DNA of 64,000 bases from a virus, in IMG/VR virus record IMGVR_UViG_3300024520_000050, positions 114,401 to 178,400 of that record. One strand, given 5' to 3'. Position 1 is the stretch's first letter; each line of letters begins with the position of its first letter. Below, piece after piece: positions 49,309 through 58,065 of the stretch. The notes beneath the pieces are model-generated. The model had not been told where the DNA came from. It was given only the letters and a program-made list of their open reading frames with translations, and did no database searches. The translations under genes were made by a program, and so were the position numbers.

Positions 49309-50393
49309 TATTTATCTAATCTAAACCCATAGGCGACAGGAAATCTTGGTATTCCATCAAGCGTCCATTCAAAAAACCTTAGCTCTACAGTCTCTCCTAT
49401 ATAATCTTCTTTATTTTTAAGATAGTCCGCACGTTCTTCATGACTTGCTTTAAAGGATGCAGTAAATTCAACTGTATTACCCTCATCATTAATCATATTA
49501 CATAGTGCTTTACCCATTGTCGGACGACGTTCTTCTGGTATAATATCCAACAAAGTTGCAGTTCTATCAATAAAGTCTTTAAACTTCAATAAACTATCAC
49601 TTTTACCGTTTAATTTATATGAAGAATCTCCATGACGTATCATTGTACCTTCATAACCTTGTTCTAGGAACTTAGCATGATATTTCAACACTTCATCAAA
49701 TGTAGTAACTTTGTACGTTGGTACTAATTGTAGATTATGATCTTTATTTGTTTTATCTAAAGTAGAAACCAAATCCTGCAATATTTCATACCTTTTAATA
49801 AATGGATCGTCACTCACTAAATCATAAACATACCACTTAACATCCTCTGTCTCACCAGGTCTGTATTTCTTAATCAATTTCATATTATCCTGAAATGATT
49901 GACCAGCCGCATACAATTCGCCGTCGATTAAATAGGTCATATTACTAAGATCTTTTGTAATATGATCCATTGTATCGATTTCCTTATTGGTGCGACTAAA
50001 TAGTCTATTAATTGGTAAATCTGACCTTAGAATCGCCCTCATCCCATCTAACTTTGGCTGAATGTGGCAATTAGTCCAATCTATTTTATCAGCATGATCT
50101 TTATAACTTTTTGCCAACATTGGTTTGGTTACTTGAACATTCATAGCTTCACTTAAAGTTAAAAAGTATCCTTCACGTAATTTCTTAGTGAATTTACTTT
50201 CCATTTCTTTAATAGCTTGTTCGGGTCCAGTAGTTGCATTCTTCTTACCTGTATTCTTTGGCTTACATAATGATTTGTTAGTAACTTTCTTACCATCAAC
50301 TAATCCAGTTTCCTGTACTAATAAATCACCTTCAGTCCACATATTTAAGATACGAGGATTTCCCTTCGTATCTTTCTTGTATAATATTTTCAC
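49308..50393 (-). CDS. lig: ATP-dependent DNA ligase (copy 2)
   Basis: PMLA, QPKLDGMR, IDGELY, YVYD, GYEGTMIR, LLKFK, IPRFP. Confidence 0.92.
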   Translation of the reverse strand: MKILYKKDTKGNPRILNMWTEGDLLVQETGLVDGKKVTNKSLCKPKNTGKKNATTGPEQAIKEMESKFTKKLREGYFLTLSEAMNVQVTKPMLAKSYKDHADKIDWTNCHIQPKLDGMRAILRSDLPINRLFSRTNKEIDTMDHITKDLSNMTYLIDGELYAAGQSFQDNMKLIKKYRPGETEDVKWYVYDLVSDDPFIKRYEILQDLVSTLDKTNKDHNLQLVPTYKVTTFDEVLKYHAKFLEQGYEGTMIRHGDSSYKLNGKSDSLLKFKDFIDRTATLLDIIPEERRPTMGKALCNMINDEGNTVEFTASFKASHEERADYLKNKEDYIGETVELRFFEWTLDGIPRFPVAYGFRLDK

Positions 50394-50947
50394 TTATTAA
50401 TTCTTAAATTAATAATCTTAGTTAGTTTTACTTAGCCATGGAGTATTGTAGTAATCAGTCTGTTTTCTAGCTTTATATCCATACTTGACATCACCTGAAT
50501 AAGGATGTTTGACTTCTCTCCACTTTTTGTTAGCCCATTCATTATTTTCAATGATTAAATCAGCTTTCTTATACTTAATTATAAACTTACTTTTATAATA
50601 TCTATAATCATTAACAGCTACACAGAATAATACTGGATTCTTATTGAATAAATTAATTGAACATGCTGCTTTCTGTAGATACATTAAATGGTTTAAATCA
50701 TTTTTCATTTTTAGATTCCATAATTTCATATAGAAAAATACTTATTTCATCAAATGAATTCCAAAGAAGTGCGGTTACTATTTCATCTTTATCAAATTTA
50801 ATATTAGTACCTTCTATCATATTATCTTCATTACGAGCAGTTAATATTATATCACCTTTTTCAAGTGATGTCTTATCTTTAGTAAGTTGTTGTTTTACAC
50901 CAAGATTTATTAATGCTGTTACTATGTTGTCATACTTTTCTTTCTTT

Positions 50948-51244
50948 TCAACCATTATCTTTATTTAATTTTTCCATTAATATACAACCAAATTCTTCAT
51001 TTGTTTGTAATAAATATCTACTTGATGTTGTTCTCATTTCTTTAACAGATTCAAAATCATGAGATGGATTACCAGACACTTTAATTCTATCTTTTTGATT
51101 ACCAATATCTACAACACCAATTAATCTACCATCAGTTGTATTAAAAGTATGAGCAGGATTTATACAAAATCCATTATCGTCACTATAATTTAATAGTCTC
51201 TGTTTATTCTTCCAATACTTACAACCTTTACATTTCATAATCAT
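50948..51244 (-). CDS. Hypothetical Cys-containing protein
   Basis: CKGCKYW...GFC...FGC. Confidence 0.5.
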   Translation of the reverse strand: MIMKCKGCKYWKNKQRLLNYSDDNGFCINPAHTFNTTDGRLIGVVDIGNQKDRIKVSGNPSHDFESVKEMRTTSSRYLLQTNEEFGCILMEKLNKDNG

Positions 51245-51265
51245 AATTTATTTAGTTTAGTTAAT

Positions 51266-51296
51266 TAAAAAGAGTGTAGATTAATTTCTACACTCT
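51266..51296 (-). terminator. Rho-independent terminator
   Basis: AGAGTGTAGA/TCTACACTCT 10-bp stem with a U-run. Confidence 0.7.
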
Positions 51297-51329
51297 CCGT
51301 ACGATTATGTACTAATCGAGAATATTTTG

Positions 51330-51402
51330 CGCCCCAGGTAGGGTATGATCCTACATCCTTCAGCTTAACAGGCTGACGCTCAGCCAATTGAGCTACTGAG
51401 GC
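51330..51402 (-). tRNA. trnN: tRNA-Asn(GTT)
   Basis: TCAGC-CTGTTAA-GCTGA; atypical T-loop ATCATAC. Confidence 0.85.
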
Positions 51403-51554
51403 AACAAGTATGGACTCCAATCTAGGAATCCATAACTCTAATTTAAAATACGCTGTTTGGTCCTATCAGTGGACACTTACATGTGTTACTTCACAATCCA
51501 AACCTTGTGCCCTTATCTATCTAGGATTTTCCGCTACTTTAAATATCTTTAATG

Positions 51555-51628
51555 TGAGAGTACCAAGATTCGAACTTGGGACCTTCTATATGTAAAACAG
51601 ATGCTCTAAACCGCTGAGCTATACTCCC
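51555..51628 (-). tRNA. trnV: tRNA-Val(TAC)
   Basis: TCTGT-TTTACAT-ATAGA. Confidence 0.9.
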
Positions 51629-51822
51629 TTAATATCATCTAAATGTTAATAATTCTAATTTTTCTAATGCTTCTTTTACTGTTATTTCAATAAATCCTGG
51701 AGTCATAATAGGACGTTTACCGTCTTCCATCATTGCATTTAATTCTTCAATCCATTTACCTTTAACAATAATCAAACCTTGTTCAATCAGGTAAGCTTCA
51801 AAACCTGTAAATTTTGTATCAC

Positions 51823-52146
51823 TCATATTCTATTATTTAAAACTCGTTCTACCATTCCTTTAAACATTTCTTTTGCTACTAAATGAGTATTATCTGATAT
51901 ATATAAATCCCATATATTAGATGCTGCTTTAGACTCTTCTTCAATTGAATCATACTCATTAACACTCATCAATTTATAAATACTAATTGTAGGATTTATA
52001 TTTAATTTAGCATTCATTTCACCTTTGATATATGATCGTGCTTCAAAATTTAATCCTGCAATATCTAAACGTAATTCACTCTCTTCTATATCCCATATAA
52101 GATGTTTAACCCAATTACGTGTTGGTTTAATGTTTGGTTCTCTCAT
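51823..52146 (-). CDS. Hypothetical protein
   Basis: ORF in operon. Confidence 0.5.
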   Translation of the reverse strand: MREPNIKPTRNWVKHLIWDIEESELRLDIAGLNFEARSYIKGEMNAKLNINPTISIYKLMSVNEYDSIEEESKAASNIWDLYISDNTHLVAKEMFKGMVERVLNNRI

Positions 52147-52171
52147 TGTATGATTGTTTGTTTATAAATAG

Positions 52172-52400
52172 TGACTCGGGTAGGATTCGAACCTACGATC
52201 CTCTGATTAATCTTTGGTTAATCTTTTGACTAACCCTTGTGGAAATGACAGGTTTCGAACCTGCATCAATGGTATTTGATTCACAATAGTCAAATTCTTG
52301 CGAATATCAACTGTTCGGGTTTTATTATATTTCCCGAAGCGTCTTCCAATTCCGCCACATTTCCAAAGTCAGATGCTTTAGCCAACTAAGCTACCGAGTC
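52172..52400 (-). tRNA. trnK: tRNA-Lys(TTT) split in the anticodon by a ~155-nt insertion
   Basis: 5' half GACTCGG...TCTGA-CTTT (52365-52400); 3' half TTAA-TCAGA...CCGAGTC-A (52172-52210). Confidence 0.85.
52240..52364 (-). ncRNA. Nested tRNA-like element lacking a canonical anticodon
   Basis: Acceptor GGAAATG/CATTTCC-A, Leu-like D arm, TTCGGG/CCCGAA around a 13-nt A/U loop, ~50-nt variable region, T arm GCAGG-TTCGAAA-CCTGT. Confidence 0.8.
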
Positions 52401-52823
52401 ATTAACTTACCCATGTACATTAGGTAAGTTACATATACATTATCTTTAAGAATAAGATAACTAGATTAATTTGAGGTTCCTTGGTTTGTTGAACCTTGCG
52501 TGCAATCTTACATCACATAAATACTAACGATTTCATCGTGTCGCCACCTCCTTGAATCTACCTCAAGGTTAGAACCAGTTCTTTGCTGGAATTTGTAACT
52601 TCTTTATATTTCTTTTTCAATTGTGACAAGATTAACTTCAATTATTTGAACATAATTATCTTCTTTTACTTCTTCTAAAGTCATATCAACTAAACTCCAA
52701 TCTTCTTTCTCAATTGCTTTATTAGCTAATTCTTCAGTCATAAATAGATTATTTCTTTCAAATATCGGCATTTCCCATTCACACCACACTTTATATATTA
52801 TCATATTATATTGTTTTAATTAG

Positions 52824-52896
52824 TGGTACTACAGGGATTCGAACCCCAGACTCTCTGATCTTCAATCAGAAGCTCTACCAGCTGAGCTATAGTACC
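52824..52896 (-). tRNA. trnF: tRNA-Phe(GAA)
   Basis: TCTGA-TTGAAGA-TCAGA. Confidence 0.92.
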
Positions 52897-52990
52897 AAAA
52901 TGAATAAGTGTAATCCTGTTGTATTACTTGCTCTCCTTTAATATATCACTAATTCCAAATGTAAGAGACCTATTCATTATATTAATTTAG

Positions 52991-53086
52991 TTTCGGAAAC
53001 CAGATTCGAACTGATACTTGTCTCATAAATAAACGACTAGTAAACGTTTATCAATTATGAGTGCCTCTCCATTGGGCTATTCCGAA
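52991..53086 (-). ncRNA. tRNA-like RNA with a 14-bp extended anticodon arm
   Basis: Acceptor TTCGGAA/TTCCGAA, D arm, CTCATAA-(TTG)-ATAAACG-loop-CGTTTAT-TTATGAG, T arm ATCAG-TTCGAAT-CTGGT. Confidence 0.8.
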
Positions 53087-53139
53087 ATATACTCTCCCTG
53101 ATCATATATCCTAGATTCAGGGAGAGTTTTGTGACTAAT

Positions 53140-53278
53140 CGTATTCAATAAGTTTTTGGCTTAAAATCATTTGCTCGACCAAAGAGCTTCACGTCCTTTT
53201 ATACTAGTTCTTGAGGACGTGACGGGATTCGAACCCGCTCCTTTGATTATTGACTTACTGACTTTCGTCGATGAATCT
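53140..53278 (-). ncRNA. Circularly permuted tRNA mimic, YrlA-type Y RNA candidate
   Basis: Order T arm, acceptor-like stem closed by a loop, D arm; GACGAAAG matches the bacterial Y RNA GNCGAAN(0-1)G motif; ends can pair. Confidence 0.7.
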
Positions 53279-53366
53279 CATACTAAAGCTTGACTCGCAA
53301 CACTAAATGTTAAAATTACTAGTGTGTTAATCTAAGGCTAAAGCTAGAGTCATTTTTATTATTATC

Positions 53367-54155
53367 TTATTTAGAATGTAAGTATGCTAATACTTTTTCT
53401 CCTAAGTTACTTTCTTCTACTGGTACAACATTTGCTCTTCCTAAGGCTTCAATAACAGCACAGTACAAATTATCATATCTTTTCAAAATTACAGCACGTT
53501 CCATTAAACTCAATTCACCTGAGAATTTCTGTGTAGTATATTTACCAATATTTACCTGCTTAGATGTCTCACCTTTGATTGGAGCTCTATTACCTTCACT
53601 AGCATGAGGATCATTCAAAATAAATGATTCTTTAATTGTAGTTTTAGCAAATCCTTCTTCAATAGGTGTTTGATATACTCCATCAGTTCCAGTATAAGAA
53701 TCATCAGTTGTTTCCTTCCATAATTCAGTTGCTGAACGAACAGGTAAAATAGGGTATAATCCTTTCAACTTAGTATTATCCAATGTAGTTTTCAATCTTA
53801 ACAATTCTAATGAGCTATAAGTCCCCCATACTTTATCTTCTACAATTAGTTCTGCAGTTACTCTACCCGATGCATTGGTCTTCTCAATTGAAAATGCAAT
53901 ATTCATAAAATCACGAACTGATTCTTCCATCCAATCTAATTGCTGCCTAACTGTTGATTGCATATGAGTATAACCACGTTTGGTTGGTTCATCAGCATAT
54001 CCATCAAGTGGATCGTAAGTTCTACGTTCACCACGGAAAATTCCTTGGTTATTCTTAAACTTTTTCATCATATCTCCCAAACTGTTTTTAAAAGTTGTCT
54101 CTTTCTTCTCTCTTAGTCCTAAGAATGTACTTAGATTCTGTTTTGTTTTTTCCAT
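53367..54155 (-). CDS. Uncharacterised conserved protein directly upstream of the Y RNA candidate
   Basis: 262 aa; F.G.RRTY.P, EK.NA....A.L.V, LL.L...L......LPV, G..T...FSG, AL..AN, G..V..YL pattern; function unknown. Confidence 0.65.
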   Translation of the reverse strand: MEKTKQNLSTFLGLREKKETTFKNSLGDMMKKFKNNQGIFRGERRTYDPLDGYADEPTKRGYTHMQSTVRQQLDWMEESVRDFMNIAFSIEKTNASGRVTAELIVEDKVWGTYSSLELLRLKTTLDNTKLKGLYPILPVRSATELWKETTDDSYTGTDGVYQTPIEEGFAKTTIKESFILNDPHASEGNRAPIKGETSKQVNIGKYTTQKFSGELSLMERAVILKRYDNLYCAVIEALGRANVVPVEESNLGEKVLAYLHSK

Positions 54156-54163
54156 TATTCTTG

Positions 54164-54442
54164 TTAGTTATTTATTTTAAATTTTTTAATATCCCAATCT
54201 TTCATATCTTTATCTCTACTATTCTTAATGTAATCATCAAGATCTTTAGCTTCTTTTTCAATTAAATCCCCATCTCTATTCATATGTTTGCATAATAAAA
54301 CATGTTGTTTATATTCTTCCATTTGTGATTGAAGAACTGCTTTATTAGCACCTTCTTTACTTTTATGTAAACTCATTGTCATCCAATTACCTTCGTAAAT
54401 ACAAGGTAAATACATTGCACCATATACTATATTTATATTCAT
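54164..54442 (-). CDS. Hypothetical protein, paralog of 60136-60384
   Basis: Shared IVY.A.Y....E....T.SLH.sKEGA.KA. Confidence 0.55.
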   Translation of the reverse strand: MNINIVYGAMYLPCIYEGNWMTMSLHKSKEGANKAVLQSQMEEYKQHVLLCKHMNRDGDLIEKEAKDLDDYIKNSRDKDMKDWDIKKFKINN

Positions 54443-54514
54443 CTTTAATATTTTATTAACCTATTAATTGTTCATCAATACTTTTAAGCATTAACTCAAG
54501 TTCATAAAGTCTAT

Positions 54515-54551
54515 TTAATAATTCAGGTTTATTATAAACCTGAATTATTAA
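54515..54551. repeat. Perfect 18-bp inverted repeat with 1-nt spacer
   Basis: TTAATAATTCAGGTTTAT-T-ATAAACCTGAATTATTAA. Confidence 0.9.
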
Positions 54552-54842
54552 TTTTTCAATCTCCAGTAATATCTGTCGTCTCTTCCAATTTAGTGCTACT
54601 CTCTTTATTAGATTCATGATCATTTAATTTAAAAATCAACACTTATTCTTAATATAATAGGTATCATATATTCTTCATCACATTCTTCACAGTAAAATCC
54701 TACTTCATAAGGTTTATTAACTATTGGATAAAATAAATAATTTGATTCCAAATCGATATGCATTGGTTTATTGCAAGATTTACATTCCTTTGTGATTACA
54801 ATTGGAAGATAAAATCTTTTTACTCCTAATTCATATTCTTCT

Positions 54843-55148
54843 TTAACTTGTTGATTCATTTATATTTAATTTAATATATAATTCCTCATAAATAGGCATT
54901 TCACAATCTACAAGATTAACTCCATCTATTTTAGTCCATTGACCTTCGGGTGTTTTAATCCAATTAGTTTCACAACCAAACCATACTACTTCACCATCTT
55001 TCTTCTCTAATCTTTCAATTTGATATGGATTAGCAGCGAATTCTTTTTGATCTGGTTCTCCGTAAGGATATTCACATTCAAATACTTCAGATTTTCTCAT
55101 GGTTTTCATCTTATTCAACTTCTTAGTTTCTAATTGTAGTTCTTCCAT
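54843..55148 (-). CDS. Hypothetical protein
   Basis: ORF in operon. Confidence 0.5.
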   Translation of the reverse strand: MEELQLETKKLNKMKTMRKSEVFECEYPYGEPDQKEFAANPYQIERLEKKDGEVVWFGCETNWIKTPEGQWTKIDGVNLVDCEMPIYEELYIKLNINESTS

Positions 55149-55171
55149 TTTTGTTTTCTTTAAGTTATTAA

Positions 55172-55726
55172 TTAATCATAGTAACACCTTACAGTAGCAT
55201 ATATTTTCATAAATGTATTAAATATAGCACGTATATTTTCTGCTCCTACAGGATTTGCTGAATGTACTTTTATTTCAGAAGATAAGAATATTTTATTGTC
55301 AATACAATAATCAGTTAACCATTTAGCACAGTCCATACCAGAAGGTTGTAATACTCTATTCTTCCTTTGTTTACGCTTCTTATTTTTATCCTTATCAGCT
55401 ATTATTTCACCTAAATCATGATCAAAAGAAATACGTTCAGGTAATCCTCTTGTTTTAATAATATCAGAGAATTCATCTAAAGTAGTTACAAGAACCCAAT
55501 CTTTTAGTAAATATAATTCACCAAAACCATTGATTTTACGTAAGTATTCAATACTTCTTATAGGATGTCTTTCATCATCTAAGAATAAGTTATAATTTCC
55601 TATATTATCCAGTTCCTTTTCAAAATACTCAATTCTCTTCAAGTATTCAGGTTTACTAGAATGACGACATTCTTTAAGACTTTTAATCTTTTGTTCTAAT
55701 ACATAGATTTCATCCATCATCTTCAA
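55172..55726 (-). CDS. Cyclic-phosphate-processing receiver (cREC-type) domain protein
   Basis: LFLDDER.P, W.LV....EF, ISFDHDLG, SGMDCAKWL, VHSANPVG..NI. Confidence 0.85.
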   Translation of the reverse strand: MKMMDEIYVLEQKIKSLKECRHSSKPEYLKRIEYFEKELDNIGNYNLFLDDERHPIRSIEYLRKINGFGELYLLKDWVLVTTLDEFSDIIKTRGLPERISFDHDLGEIIADKDKNKKRKQRKNRVLQPSGMDCAKWLTDYCIDNKIFLSSEIKVHSANPVGAENIRAIFNTFMKIYATVRCYYD

Positions 55727-55981
55727 ATTTAAATTGTTCAGGTATTATTTCTGCTGGAATATGTGTTCCTTGAATAGTCTTTACTAATTCAATCTTTCCA
55801 TCTATAGATTCGTAAATATCTTTCCATATTTCATCTGATTGTGGACGAGGAGGATATTCTAGAGTAACTCCTATACTTCTTCTACGTGAAATTATTTCTA
55901 ACTTTCCGTCAATTAGGTTTATACTTACTATTGTTGGTGCTGGTATTGTATACATTTAGTTATTATTTAGTTATTAATTAG

Positions 55982-56054
55982 TCGGGATTGCAGGGCTCGA
56001 ACCTGCGGCTTCTACGTCCCAAACGTAGCACTCTACCAACTGAGCTAAATCCCG
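55982..56054 (-). tRNA. trnP: tRNA-Pro(TGG)
   Basis: CTACG-TTTGGGA-CGTAG; C1-G72, A73. Confidence 0.92.
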
Positions 56055-56076
56055 ATGAGTGTTTCCACTCTATATT

Positions 56077-56754
56077 TTATAAATTATCATTCCAAGTTGC
56101 ACCTGGCCAATAACGTCCTTTATTCGCATTTATCGGTGCCATAATGAATGTTCTACTCTGCATTACACCTGCTATAAAAGTTCTTACATTATACTCATCT
56201 CTCCACCATTTACTTGGGCTTTGATTAAGAAATTCATAACCACTTCGTTCATATTTAATCATCATTGTGGTTTTACCTTCTCCAAATAATAATCCAGAAG
56301 TGTTCTCAGCCCAATTTAATTTAACAATTGGATTAATGATAGTTTTAAATACATCTAAATGAGTGTTATTTCCACCTACTATAAAGCATTGATAACTATT
56401 AAATGCAACATGAGTTGGTGTATCCAAATTATTAATAGTTCCACCTTGACTAATTAAAGTTAAATATCGTTGATGTTCTGCTTGGAAATCAACGGAAACA
56501 GTAAAGTCAATGTAAAAGAATACACTATCAACACCACTTGAATCAATATTCAATGAATTAGCTTGATAGTTAACTATACCTTTTAACTCATGCTCATAAG
56601 TCGTATTATACGGTATATAAACACCTGTGTTAATGTAATAAGCAATACTATCTACAGATGTAGAATTAGTATTATTTGGTTGTATGTCATTCTTTTCACA
56701 TCCAATAGATGTAAATATCACTAAACTTAGTAATAATAAAAATAGATTTTTCAT
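56077..56754 (-). CDS. Putative lipoprotein
   Basis: Signal peptide II MKNLFLLLLSLVIFTSIG-C. Confidence 0.7.
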   Translation of the reverse strand: MKNLFLLLLSLVIFTSIGCEKNDIQPNNTNSTSVDSIAYYINTGVYIPYNTTYEHELKGIVNYQANSLNIDSSGVDSVFFYIDFTVSVDFQAEHQRYLTLISQGGTINNLDTPTHVAFNSYQCFIVGGNNTHLDVFKTIINPIVKLNWAENTSGLLFGEGKTTMMIKYERSGYEFLNQSPSKWWRDEYNVRTFIAGVMQSRTFIMAPINANKGRYWPGATWNDNL

Positions 56755-57025
56755 TGTTTATAATTTAAATTGATAATTAAAATTGATCTAATACTTCTTT
56801 AACTTCGCACATTCCTCTTTCACCAGTTTCAATATTGTGAAACTTACGTGATGAAATGAAAAAGTCAATTCTAGCACCATCTTGTTTTCTAATGATGCGT
56901 TTGCAATAATCAGTAATCTTTTCCAACATAAAGTCGTCATTATTATTGATTAATTCGATTAGTTCTTTGTTATATTTTTCTCTATTAAGAGCTTTAATTC
57001 TTTTACTCATGATAATTAAGTTTTG

Positions 57026-57097
57026 TGGTCCTGGGTAGATTCGAACTACCGACTGCCTGGTTATGAGTCAGATCTTCTACCGCTGAAGTACAGGACC
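57026..57097 (-). tRNA. tRNA with CAT anticodon (elongator Met or Ile2)
   Basis: TCTGA-CTCATAA-CCAGG. Confidence 0.85.
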
Positions 57098-57349
57098 ATC
57101 TCTATTTCAATTTATGTATCTTATTCATATCAACATTACTATCATTATATTCACTGTTGATTTGTTTCTTTACTATTTCAGCTGATTTCTTATAACCTAA
57201 TAATTGACCATCAACAATAGTTCTTCTCTTTTGAAAATCAATATTGATAGGTTTATTTGTACGCATTCTTTCATTAAACTCTTCGTCTAATATTTCTTTT
57301 TTCTTAGTAAATTCAAGAATCTTAGCTAATATTAATCTTAATATTTCTT

Positions 57350-57670
57350 TCATTTTATATATTTTAATGCACTTTCTAATCCTTTTTCGAAAGCTTGTTT
57401 ATATGTTTTATCAATGTTAGTAAGGCTATCCATTTCTCCATCAATATTATATAAATCAACAGTATATCTTTTACCATCTCCTGTTTTAATTGGACTGACA
57501 ATAACATCGAGACCATATTCCGTTCTTAACCAGGTTTGTATATCTGATCTACGATATGTATGAATATTATAACCATTCTTTCCTTTAATCATTCCTGAAA
57601 AAGGTATTGCATGATTTATTAAATCTCTATATTTTTCTGCCAATTCGTATGAAACTACATCATCTTTCAT
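57350..57670 (-). CDS. Hypothetical protein, tandem paralog 1
   Basis: Shared v...lA..., q.WLR...l.v, TY..A.E.gl..aL. Confidence 0.65.
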   Translation of the reverse strand: MKDDVVSYELAEKYRDLINHAIPFSGMIKGKNGYNIHTYRRSDIQTWLRTEYGLDVIVSPIKTGDGKRYTVDLYNIDGEMDSLTNIDKTYKQAFEKGLESALKYIK

Positions 57671-58065
57671 TTTATATATTTAAGTGTCATTTCAAGTGCT
57701 TCTTCCAAAGCTAATTCATAAGTTACATGTGAATCACCAGATATTCTAGTTTGCATTCTATTCTTAATATTCAACTTTTTCATCTTCCAATTGAATAATG
57801 TCATACTACCAGATAATTTATTACGTTGGACTGGATAAACTTCAATATATAATTTATGTTTAGTTCGTATCCAACTTGCTAATTTAGATTGAAGAGGTAA
57901 TGATACAAGAATTGGATGTTTATTTCTATAACCACCAAGTACATATTGACCTTTTTCTTTATTAGCATATCTATTTGTAAATGCTTTTGTATTATAAGCT
58001 ACTTCACATGGCCAATCAAAATCAAGTTCTTTAGCTATTTTCGCTGTCACTATCGTTATTTCCAT
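57667..58065 (-). CDS. Hypothetical protein, tandem paralog 2
   Basis: AKIAKELDFD, PLQSKLASWIR, TYELALEEAL. Confidence 0.65.
   Translation of the reverse strand: MEITIVTAKIAKELDFDWPCEVAYNTKAFTNRYANKEKGQYVLGGYRNKHPILVSLPLQSKLASWIRTKHKLYIEVYPVQRNKLSGSMTLFNWKMKKLNIKNRMQTRISGDSHVTYELALEEALEMTLKYIK

Noticed and set aside
52210-52364. Group I or group II intron as the explanation for the tRNA-Lys insert
   Set aside because: Too short once the cloverleaf is accounted for; no P7 or domain V motifs; it does not end in G at a position that restores a Lys loop.
53090-53365. Permuted or two-piece tmRNA interpretation (UAGUC resume-like motif; upstream mini ORF MTLALALD*)
   Set aside because: No G3:U70 alanine identity pair, a true D stem is present, the tag-like ORF is on the wrong side for known permuted tmRNAs, and the frame after UAGUC is not tag-like. 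The Y RNA model fits better.
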